26,310 bases of DNA from a virus (taxonomy: Duplodnaviria > Caudoviricetes): the IMG/VR virus record IMGVR_UViG_3300014775_001835, positions 1 through 26,310 of that record. The stretch is one strand, 5' to 3'. The notes under the pieces were generated by a model, which saw only the letters and a program-made list of their open reading frames with translations, was not told where the DNA came from and did not search any database. Below are positions 7,723 to 15,731 of the stretch, one piece after another (positions within the stretch are counted from its first letter, which is position 1; each line of letters begins with the position of its first letter). The position numbers and the translations under genes were made by a program.

Positions 7723-8030
7723 TATTCACAATTTTTTTGTCTTAATTCATCGACTAATATTTCAAGATGTTCTATGTCTCTTTCTAAATGATTAAGTCTT
7801 AAATTTTGTTCGGCGTCATCGGGAAGTGAACCCATTTCGCCTCGAGGCCATTTGATTCTAAACTCTGAGTTAAGTTCGATCTCTTGATTATGCCGCATAG
7901 TCTCTATCTCAAGCTGATTGAGTGCAGACATTATAGTAAAATAAAGAGTTACAGCCGCACCTACGCCTACTACAATTTGTAGCAGCCACTTGACATTAAT
8001 GCCAAAATTTGTATTATCATCTAGCTTCAT
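7722..8030 (-). CDS. Single-TM, coiled-coil small membrane protein
   Basis: Hydrophobic WLLQIVVGVGAAVTLYFTIM followed by heptad-like sequence; resembles 12704..12988. Confidence 0.7.
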   Translation of the reverse strand: MKLDDNTNFGINVKWLLQIVVGVGAAVTLYFTIMSALNQLEIETMRHNQEIELNSEFRIKWPRGEMGSLPDDAEQNLRLNHLERDIEHLEILVDELRQKNCE

Positions 8031-8035
8031 ATTAG

Positions 8036-8257
8036 TTACTTTTTAGCAAATTTTTCTAACCCTGCTATTCCAAAACTACCTAGTGTTACAATTACAAATG
8101 AGTTATAAATTAATTCGTTAATAACAAGATCTTTTCCCATCCATCCTGTTATCGTATCTGCTAGCATTACTACTACCATTACCGCAAATGATAAAAATCC
8201 TACAATCGTTTTTTCATTGTAGTCATTTTCGTCTTTAAAAATTTCTTTCCAGCTCAT
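8036..8257 (-). CDS. Two-TM small membrane protein (holin-like topology)
   Basis: Two hydrophobic segments (IVGFLSFAVMVVVMLA; LIYNSFVIVTLGSFGIAGL) and a basic C-terminus KFAKK. Confidence 0.65.
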   Translation of the reverse strand: MSWKEIFKDENDYNEKTIVGFLSFAVMVVVMLADTITGWMGKDLVINELIYNSFVIVTLGSFGIAGLEKFAKK

Positions 8258-8268
8258 ATTTTTTCCTA

Positions 8269-9303
8269 TTAAATTATTCTATAGTTAAAACCAACTGAAA
8301 AATCGTGCCAATTTCTATTCCAGTATTTATGATATTTTCCTTCGGAGAAGATGCCTAATCTTTTGTTTACTTGCCATCCTAAAATAAGACCTCCTGTATA
8401 ATCTAACCATGTATTACCATCGATAAAGTTAGTATATGAATATTCATTTTTTGCACTCACATGAAGTGGCAACACGCTGCCCCAAGTATGAAACCAAAAT
8501 GATTTAGTGTAATGATAGTAATCGTATCCTAATACTAATGAATGGTTCCATTGATTAGGTAGTAACGATCTTTCTTGTTCAACATAATCACTTAATACAT
8601 TAGGAAGTGCTACAGCATTCCAAACAATATTATTATCAGCTACTACATCACCATTAGGGTCAAACCATTCTCCTTCAAAATTAGTAGTATAACCTTGATC
8701 TAAAGCTACATTAGAAAAATCGGCTCCTGCTAATCCTACTAAAGGATCAAACCCGTATGGTTCAGAAAAACGTTGTACTAATCCTGTATTAAGTGAGAAT
8801 TTTTTACCAACATTATATCTGTAACGCTGAGACGCTTCGAAATACTTAAGATCTGCAAACCCGTCCTGTACATATTCTGTTTTTACAATCCAATGATCGT
8901 GTACATATCTTAAAAAATGTTGTTGGTCAACAAAATAATTACCTTGTTGTCTTTTATAATCAACTTCAAATAGATACTCTAAGCCTTCCACGTTGCCGAT
9001 AGTAGCAGCATCCGATACTGATACTTCTGTACCGTTATAAAATACATTTTTTCTGTTTTCGTAATCTAAACGAGCTATTTTTCTAACACCAAAAGCAAAT
9101 GTATAATCAAATGGCGTTGATATAGTTTCTTTATCTAAGATGCCGGTAGACGGATTAATAGAGTATACACTAACATCTGCCAACGAGTTGTTACCAGTAA
9201 CCGCAGTATAAAAAGTAGCAAATTTAAGTTGTTGTTGTATAAACTGTGCTTGTGCTGTTAAAGAACAAGTTACTACTAACAATATAGCTAAGAATTTTTT
9301 CAT
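8269..9303 (-). CDS. Secreted, probable outer-membrane beta-barrel protein
   Basis: Sec signal MKKFLAILLVVTCSLTAQA; many aromatic alternating strands (LVLGYDYYHY, GGLILGWQV, LGIFSEGKY); terminal strand FSVGFNYRII. Confidence 0.7.
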   Translation of the reverse strand: MKKFLAILLVVTCSLTAQAQFIQQQLKFATFYTAVTGNNSLADVSVYSINPSTGILDKETISTPFDYTFAFGVRKIARLDYENRKNVFYNGTEVSVSDAATIGNVEGLEYLFEVDYKRQQGNYFVDQQHFLRYVHDHWIVKTEYVQDGFADLKYFEASQRYRYNVGKKFSLNTGLVQRFSEPYGFDPLVGLAGADFSNVALDQGYTTNFEGEWFDPNGDVVADNNIVWNAVALPNVLSDYVEQERSLLPNQWNHSLVLGYDYYHYTKSFWFHTWGSVLPLHVSAKNEYSYTNFIDGNTWLDYTGGLILGWQVNKRLGIFSEGKYHKYWNRNWHDFSVGFNYRII

Positions 9304-12113
9304 TGTTTGATAATTTTTTTAGTGAATTGAAGATCGTTATGAGTAAGTATCAAGTTATAAATGCCTGCTTCAAATTTACTCATATCAATTTGTGTTACAT
9401 TAGTTTCTTGCAACACGGATTGGCCCGTTGCGTCGTATAATGTAGCACTAACATTTAAGTTACTTGCAATAGTAATATTATCTCTAGTCGGATTTGGAAA
9501 CACAATAATTTGTGTCTCGCCATACTCTTGTACATTTGTTACGGTATTTTCATCACAGTAGTTGTATAATTCCTGGCATCCGGATGCCCATTCATTATTA
9601 CAGCATGACGGGCTAACATCGATAACCCATGCAAAGCATTCGCTGCCTAAATCCAATAAATTATACGTTTCAACTACCGGGTCAATACAATTGGCATATA
9701 CAGTTTCGCAAGTGCCATTATCTGTATTGGCGTCTTCATCATAGTTAGCAGCTTCAGGATCGGTACAGCCGTATATAAATTCTTCGCAGCTAAAGTCTTC
9801 TGTATTAGCCTCGGGGTCATAATTGTATGCGCTAGGGTCCGTACAGCCCTCTATGATAGGTATACAGGTGCCATTATCGACAGTTGCTAGCTCATTGTAG
9901 TTGAATGCGGTAGTATCAGTACATCCATATATTGGCAAATCACATTCAAAGTTATTAACGTTGGCTAATGGATCGAAGTTAAGTGCTAATGGATCCATAC
10001 AACCTTCTACAATAGGCTCACATGAATCATTATCTACGTTAGCTAATTCATTATAATTAAACGCAGTAGGATCTGTACATCCGTATATAGCATCTATACA
10101 TGATCCGTCTTCTACATTTGCGTTAGCATTATAATTTAATGCACTTGCATCAGTACATCCAACTACTATAGGAATACATGCTCCATTATCTACATTTGCT
10201 AATGGATCATAGTTAGTTGAATTAGTTTCAGTACAACCAAATATTGCTAATGTCTGGCAATCGCCGTTATCAAAGTCAGCTTCAAAACCTTGTGTATAGT
10301 ATTCTAAGTATCCGGCTTGGGTACAACCCGGGGTGTAATAACAGCTTCCATCATCAGTATTAGATTCTCCATTATAATTAAATGCAGTTTCGTCAAGGCA
10401 TCCATAAACATATGGTTCGCAAGTATTACCACAGTAAAGATCTACTTCATACTTATACCATCCACTCCCATTAATAAAAGGAATAATGTTAAAGAAAGGT
10501 ACTTCAATCATAACCTCTCCTTCAGAATTAGTTAAGGTAAATCCACATTGTTGAGCTGTAGTAATAGATTGAGGGGTAACAAAGAAATAAACATATGTCG
10601 TTTTAGTTACGTCTAATTCAAGATTAAATGATAATTCATTACCATCTTCAGGACCCATTTGATATAATGGAGAGTTATACCATAATTGGTAAATACCTAA
10701 AGAACTACCTAACCAACCATCTCCCACCCCATCTGTGATAGTTAAAGTAAATTCACATGATTCTATGATATCTTCAGTATTAGCTTCGGGGTTGTAGTTA
10801 AACTGAGTAGGATCCGTACAGCCTATAACTACGGGTGTAACACATGACCCTGCTAAAAAAGTAGTTGCCTCAGGATTATATTCAACATAGTTAGGATCTG
10901 TACAACCAGCTATTACTGAAATTAGACCACATGATGTAGGGGGGGTAAAAGTAGCTGAGGTAATAACGTATCCAAAATTTCCATCTTCGTGTTCATCCAA
11001 AAGAGTCCAAAGTAATTCACCATCACAATCTAAGACTTCAATATTACCATTTACACTACCGCCAAAACATGTACCACATAATCCATCACCATAAGTATCT
11101 TCTATTACCAAATCATATTCACCTCCTGTAGTAACACATACTTCAGTTGATATAGGAACACCAGGAGGAGACCCTGCATAGGTACCTACAGGTGCTGTAG
11201 CATATACTTGATCATTAGGTCCATATAATAACCAGCTTGTTTCGCCACCAAAATTATCAGGTGTTACTACTATTTCGAGTACCGACTCGCCAGGAGCACA
11301 TTCTACGTTTTGTGATATGCAAGAGCCATCATCATAGTTAGCCCAAGGATTCCAGTTAACAGCAGATGGGGCTGAACATCCGGGAATAGCACCACAAGGT
11401 AAACACGATTCCCAACAGTAGTTAGGTAATAGCTGTTCCTCTCCTTCGACTACAGTTAATGTTCTATTAACAAAACCAAAAACATCAAATTGAAAACAAG
11501 AGTTACCATCAATACCAACAGGTAATTCTTGTATATTTGGGTTATTAAAATCAGCAAATTTCCATAAATAATCTCCTTCAGGAATAGGGATTGTTACAAA
11601 CCACTCATCTGCTTCATCGTATTCCATCGGAATAACTTGCCACCCATTCCAGTTACCTAAAACGCCTGGGGTTTCAACTTCGGGAGAAGCATTAGCTAGA
11701 TTAACTCTAAATGTTATATCTGTTGTAGGTAAATCACATGGAGGAGAATTAAAAGTATATTCTGCTGTAGGGGTTGAAAAGTTATAATCTTCAAAAAGAA
11801 TTCCACTACAATTATTTTCAGCAAAAAAGAATCCTTCACCAAATCCACAACAAATTCCATCTCCAAAAGCATCGGATATAGCAAATGTATGAACTCCAGA
11901 ATTTAAAAATATTCTTTGTTCAATTAAAGTGCCGGCAGGTACTCCTTCATAACTTGGGCTAGTTACTATCGTGTCAGAACCTTGTATTATTGCCCAAGAA
12001 GTTTCTGCCGGGTAATTATCGAGTTGAAGAGTGAGGTCTATATAAGTGTTGGTTTGGGTTAACCCTGTAAGACCAATAAGAAATAAAAGGGGAGTTAAAA
12101 AATGTTTCATCAA
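9300..12113 (-). CDS. T9SS type A sorting-domain protein with Cys-rich GCTD repeats and a CBM48/20-like domain
   Basis: N-terminal signal peptide; C-terminal IIVFPNPTRDNITI...LYDATGQ...IDMSKFEAGIYNLIL...TKKIIKQ matches the type A T9SS CTD; 12 GC.D..A.NY...A..D.G.C-like repeats. Confidence 0.88.
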   Translation of the reverse strand: MMKHFLTPLLFLIGLTGLTQTNTYIDLTLQLDNYPAETSWAIIQGSDTIVTSPSYEGVPAGTLIEQRIFLNSGVHTFAISDAFGDGICCGFGEGFFFAENNCSGILFEDYNFSTPTAEYTFNSPPCDLPTTDITFRVNLANASPEVETPGVLGNWNGWQVIPMEYDEADEWFVTIPIPEGDYLWKFADFNNPNIQELPVGIDGNSCFQFDVFGFVNRTLTVVEGEEQLLPNYCWESCLPCGAIPGCSAPSAVNWNPWANYDDGSCISQNVECAPGESVLEIVVTPDNFGGETSWLLYGPNDQVYATAPVGTYAGSPPGVPISTEVCVTTGGEYDLVIEDTYGDGLCGTCFGGSVNGNIEVLDCDGELLWTLLDEHEDGNFGYVITSATFTPPTSCGLISVIAGCTDPNYVEYNPEATTFLAGSCVTPVVIGCTDPTQFNYNPEANTEDIIESCEFTLTITDGVGDGWLGSSLGIYQLWYNSPLYQMGPEDGNELSFNLELDVTKTTYVYFFVTPQSITTAQQCGFTLTNSEGEVMIEVPFFNIIPFINGSGWYKYEVDLYCGNTCEPYVYGCLDETAFNYNGESNTDDGSCYYTPGCTQAGYLEYYTQGFEADFDNGDCQTLAIFGCTETNSTNYDPLANVDNGACIPIVVGCTDASALNYNANANVEDGSCIDAIYGCTDPTAFNYNELANVDNDSCEPIVEGCMDPLALNFDPLANVNNFECDLPIYGCTDTTAFNYNELATVDNGTCIPIIEGCTDPSAYNYDPEANTEDFSCEEFIYGCTDPEAANYDEDANTDNGTCETVYANCIDPVVETYNLLDLGSECFAWVIDVSPSCCNNEWASGCQELYNYCDENTVTNVQEYGETQIIVFPNPTRDNITIASNLNVSATLYDATGQSVLQETNVTQIDMSKFEAGIYNLILTHNDLQFTKKIIKQ
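9708..10403 (-). repeat. Nine tandem ~26-aa GCTD...NY...DGSC repeats
   Basis: Counted in the translation from GCLDETAFNYN to GCTDPEAANYDEDANTDNGTC; three more copies lie further N-terminal. Confidence 0.9.
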
Positions 12114-12481
12114 AACTTACTCATTATAATATTATCAATAGATTCTTGCACATCATCTTTTGTCGATTCCATTTGCATCATAATGTTAGCCTGGAATCTA
12201 GCCACTTCTTCGCCATCGTCAAATATTAATATTGTAGGAACAACTACTATTTTATAATCTTGAGGCAAACGAGGATTAGTTGTAATATCGACGGTTGTGG
12301 TAGTACAATCAGTCAATTCATCTAACCATGATACTTCATTTACGGCGTTAAATTTAGCGGTAAACTGGACAACACAAATTCCGTCATTACATAATTGCAT
12401 TGTTTCTTCTGATAAAGCGTTATTGTTATTAATATCAGCACTAGCAAATAAAAATAACAGTATTGAACTAAGGTATTTCAT
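12110..12481 (-). CDS. Exported thioredoxin-fold protein lacking CxxC
   Basis: N-terminal hydrophobic stretch; VVQFTAKFN at the usual active-site position; YKIVVVPTILIFDDGEEVARFQ matches the Trx C-terminal half with its cis-Pro. Confidence 0.75.
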   Translation of the reverse strand: MKYLSSILLFLFASADINNNNALSEETMQLCNDGICVVQFTAKFNAVNEVSWLDELTDCTTTTVDITTNPRLPQDYKIVVVPTILIFDDGEEVARFQANIMMQMESTKDDVQESIDNIIMSKF

Positions 12482-12482
12482 G

Positions 12483-12704
12483 TTAAGAACCTATTTGGTT
12501 TCTTGCTAATAGAAGCTTTATTTCTGCTAAATCTTCTTGTAAATCTTTTAACATGTCTTTAACTTCGTCTTTCGTTTGTTCTAAAGTATAAACACGATTT
12601 TTAATCTTAGAAAGATCATTGTTAAATTTAACATATACGCCTACTATTCCGGCAACAATTAAAAGTATCTCATACATGGTGGGGTTTTCTACAAATACTT
12701 CCAT
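12483..12704 (-). CDS. Single-TM, coiled-coil small membrane protein
   Basis: ILLIVAGIVGVYV followed by heptad repeats; TAATG coupling to the upstream gene. Confidence 0.7.
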   Translation of the reverse strand: MEVFVENPTMYEILLIVAGIVGVYVKFNNDLSKIKNRVYTLEQTKDEVKDMLKDLQEDLAEIKLLLARNQIGS

Positions 12705-12988
12705 TAGTCTAACTTATCAATTTTTTCTTCAAGACGTATCAATTGGTCTTTGATTTCACTAACATCCTCTTGCGTAGTCATGATTGTCTGACGGACCAAT
12801 TGGTCTTTCATATCAAACTCCATTCTAGTTATTTCTGGATCTGGAGGTAGTGGTAATTCTTTTGCTTCTGCAATATCTGCCTGAAGCGTAAACCACATGC
12901 CGATTATAGTAGCAAGCGCCACTCCTATACCGGCTAAGGTTTTAATACTAACCGAAAAGCTAGTATCTTCATTTATTTCTTTTGGCAT
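12704..12988 (-). CDS. Single-TM, coiled-coil small membrane protein
   Basis: TLAGIGVALATIIGMWFTL followed by coiled coil; TAATG coupling to the protease gene. Confidence 0.7.
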   Translation of the reverse strand: MPKEINEDTSFSVSIKTLAGIGVALATIIGMWFTLQADIAEAKELPLPPDPEITRMEFDMKDQLVRQTIMTTQEDVSEIKDQLIRLEEKIDKLD

Positions 12989-13593
12989 TAGAACTCCCTG
13001 ATAATGTCCGTGATGATACGGTCAATATTATTGTATTTGTTGGTTACAACTTTATTAACTGATTCATTCACAGGCGACAGGAAAGCTCCATGTGTAGACG
13101 GATTTGATACAAAATCAAATGCAATTAATTCAAAATCGGGCTGAACCTCTAATGTGTTCTCCCCCTCCTTCATAACTTCTTTAACGGAGCCCATCCCCCG
13201 TGAAGAAATGCCAAGCTTAATGCCCGACTTAAATAATTCTTTTAATATATTACCAGAAGGAGTAGAAAGTACTTCAACAGTACCTACCAGGTCATCGCCC
13301 TTCCAGGCCATTTCTAAAACGTTATGTGATACATTGTTCAAGTTAACAACGCTAGAATCTGGGTGATCTAGCTCGCCCAATGCACGTCGTTCCGTAATAA
13401 ATGATTGCGAATACTTTTGTGCTTCGCGCATTAATACTTCTTTAGGGTAAATTCTGCCGTTTTGGTTTTTAGCTTCGGCACGTTGTAATACGCCTTGAAC
13501 AACTAAACGTCCGTCATTCTTAGCTAACGATTCGTTAATTTGTTGCGGTGTTACCTCAAATAATGTATAATCTACTAATAATGATTTAGACAT
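12988..13593 (-). CDS. Prohead core protease (T4 gp21-like)
   Basis: NQNGRIYP, ALGELDHP, TPSGNIL, LGISSRGMGS, DFVSNPST. Confidence 0.95.
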   Translation of the reverse strand: MSKSLLVDYTLFEVTPQQINESLAKNDGRLVVQGVLQRAEAKNQNGRIYPKEVLMREAQKYSQSFITERRALGELDHPDSSVVNLNNVSHNVLEMAWKGDDLVGTVEVLSTPSGNILKELFKSGIKLGISSRGMGSVKEVMKEGENTLEVQPDFELIAFDFVSNPSTHGAFLSPVNESVNKVVTNKYNNIDRIITDIIREF

Positions 13594-13595
13594 TG

Positions 13596-13742
13596 TTATC
13601 CTTTCATAAATAAGCCAGAGTTAATAAACTGTTGCTCTCGCTCATATCTTTTACGTTCGTCTGAATACTTACGTTTTGCTTCATTGAGTGGCATATCCGG
13701 ATAGGCTTTAATAAACTGCTGCCATGTACGATTTGGAATCAT
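13596..13742 (-). CDS. Small hypothetical protein, 48 aa (not in ORF track)
   Basis: MIPNRTWQQFIKAYPDMPLNEAKRKYSDERKRYEREQQFINSGLFMKG fills the gap exactly: ATGA overlap upstream and stop 2 nt before the protease ATG. Confidence 0.65.
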   Translation of the reverse strand: MIPNRTWQQFIKAYPDMPLNEAKRKYSDERKRYEREQQFINSGLFMKG

Positions 13743-14503
13743 TTTGACAACTCCCTCAATCTATTTGAAATGCGCGTCATACGTTCATTAATTTTAGCAA
13801 ATCGTCGGCCGGTTGCTTTCCAAAAGTGAGATGAATCAACGCCCATCTCTTGCTTAAGACGTAAGTTATTAGCTACAATCTTTTCCATTTCGGCTAACAT
13901 CCTATTGACTTCCTGAATGCCTCTGTTGACTTTTTGTTGTGGCGTAGATGTAGGATCCTTTTTATACTCTCTATATGAGACTTCATTAAGGCCTTCCATT
14001 TGATTAATCATACGCTTATAAGTACTTTCCATTTTACGAAAATGCTTATTTGATTTATCGGTCTTTTTAAATCCTAACTGCTCAGCGTTCCCTTTCTCAT
14101 CCTCTTTATTGCCAAATGCATAAGGCGTTTTAATATCGCCTGGTACATTAGCAGTAGTATTCATCTCCTCTAATTCGACCTCTTCTTCAAATTTACCAGT
14201 ACGAAAATTATAATTAGCCGGCAACTCATCCGGAGTTTTAACACTACGCTTTTTCTTTTCTAATTCTTTACGAAATTGACGGACTGCTTGATCTATATTA
14301 ATAAATTCATCGATCGGCTCTTCTTCCTCAGTCCTTACTGCAACATTACCTAACTTGTTATGAAGGTATGAATCGGTATCATCCACATCGCCGTCGTTAT
14401 CAATATCCTTATCATCGAGATCTTTGAACGATTTCTTTGCATCAGCATCGGACACTTTATCCAACGCTTCAAAATACATGTCTAATTGATCGATTAATTT
14501 CAT
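13739..14503 (-). CDS. Hypothetical head-region protein with DxDxDG loop
   Basis: 254 aa with DIDNDGDVDDTD, acidic tracts and a helical C-terminus; lies between portal and protease. Confidence 0.7.
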   Translation of the reverse strand: MKLIDQLDMYFEALDKVSDADAKKSFKDLDDKDIDNDGDVDDTDSYLHNKLGNVAVRTEEEEPIDEFINIDQAVRQFRKELEKKKRSVKTPDELPANYNFRTGKFEEEVELEEMNTTANVPGDIKTPYAFGNKEDEKGNAEQLGFKKTDKSNKHFRKMESTYKRMINQMEGLNEVSYREYKKDPTSTPQQKVNRGIQEVNRMLAEMEKIVANNLRLKQEMGVDSSHFWKATGRRFAKINERMTRISNRLRELSK

Positions 14504-14832
14504 TGTTGTCTCTTAAATACATATATAGTCCCGCCTGTCGATTGTACTTGCTTTGGCGTTATATCATATATCGTTTCTGTACTTAAATCAGGTCCAGCAA
14601 TTACTCCGCCGCCGGCGACAAATATTTTAGTTGCTGCATTATCTGCTCCATTTCCTAATAAAATAGCAGCTGCTCCATATTCAGACCCTGTAAAGGATTG
14701 AGTTGTAGTTGTTGCAACTGCTATAGCGGAATGATATTTGCCAGGAAATCCTAATCTCTCAAATTGAGAATTGCTAGAAGTTCTCCAGCCGGCATTATCT
14801 GCCCAATATGCATTATCATATACTCTTGCCAT
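14500..14832 (-). CDS. Hypothetical small beta-rich protein
   Basis: 110-aa ORF coupled on both sides; GGAG 6 nt before ATG. Confidence 0.7.
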   Translation of the reverse strand: MARVYDNAYWADNAGWRTSSNSQFERLGFPGKYHSAIAVATTTTQSFTGSEYGAAAILLGNGADNAATKIFVAGGGVIAGPDLSTETIYDITPKQVQSTGGTIYVFKRQQ

Positions 14833-15674
14833 TACTTGCTCCCGACTGCTTTAAGTTCTGATATTAATTCGTAGTAACGAAGCAATGTCAACACATCCTT
14901 ATCTTCTACAATGTGTTTTTTTGTTAACTTTGTCAACAAATTAGAAACTTCCGTAAGCTTAATTTTTAGTACTTTACTAGGAACCGTGGCTTTAAGTTGC
15001 GTTATTTCAGAGCAGATATTTTTTGTTTCTTCTGCAATATAATCTTTCAACTTAACTGTATTACTTACGTTATTAATATACTCACGCAACATACGCTTTT
15101 GTGCTTCATTTAACGTAGAATATTTTTCGTTAAATTTATCAACAACGAGCTTTGACGCCAGAATACGTACATCTTTACTTTCAGATACCAATCTTGGCTT
15201 AGCCTCGACTTTTTTAGGTTGCTGTTGAATATGTTCTACCAAAGTAAATTTATTTGACACATACTCTCTAGGATCATCTGCTTCCGCAAACTCGAACAGT
15301 TTGTAAACAGCTGCATGTGTCTTATAGTTGTTCACTCTTGCTTTGAAAAATTCTTCAATAACAAAAGTGTCTCGTATATCTTTTATTAAATTGTACTTTT
15401 CTCTTTTCAACGCTGTTTCGTTAAGCGTACTGCGAGTACGTAAAACAGCTTCTAGAAACTTCTCCGCCTTGTTTTCAGTAGTAAATTTTTCTTCATGTAA
15501 AGAACGATATAATTTAAGTTCGCTAACTAATTGTGAACTCTTTTTGAAATGCCGGCGAATAATTTTTAATGCATTTGAATCTTTATTATGCATTGTATCG
15601 CTAGCTACTTGGCGGACGAGAAGTTCAAATATAAGTCCAGTATTTTTGACTTTTGAATGTTTGATTCGTTTCAT
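14832..15674 (-). CDS. Hypothetical basic helical protein downstream of portal (possible prohead core component)
   Basis: 280-aa ORF with its own ATATTTATA motif; function inferred only from position. Confidence 0.7.
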   Translation of the reverse strand: MKRIKHSKVKNTGLIFELLVRQVASDTMHNKDSNALKIIRRHFKKSSQLVSELKLYRSLHEEKFTTENKAEKFLEAVLRTRSTLNETALKREKYNLIKDIRDTFVIEEFFKARVNNYKTHAAVYKLFEFAEADDPREYVSNKFTLVEHIQQQPKKVEAKPRLVSESKDVRILASKLVVDKFNEKYSTLNEAQKRMLREYINNVSNTVKLKDYIAEETKNICSEITQLKATVPSKVLKIKLTEVSNLLTKLTKKHIVEDKDVLTLLRYYELISELKAVGSK

Positions 15675-15707
15675 GAATTCATCGCCCTGTTATAGTACAT
15701 ACTTTTT

Positions 15708-15717
15708 TATAAATATG
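15708..15717 (-). promoter_or_regulatory. Putative late promoter motif CATATTTATA
   Basis: Intergenic, between the portal stop and the ATG at 15674. Confidence 0.6.
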
Positions 15718-15731
15718 AGATGTTTGCCAAA

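Noticed and set aside
7722-8257. Firm call of a lysis cassette
   Set aside because: There is only holin-like topology; no endolysin or lipoprotein spanin is recognisable in the window.
9708-10403. Periodic DNA as a CRISPR array
   Set aside because: The repeats are degenerate at DNA level and conserved at protein level within an ORF.
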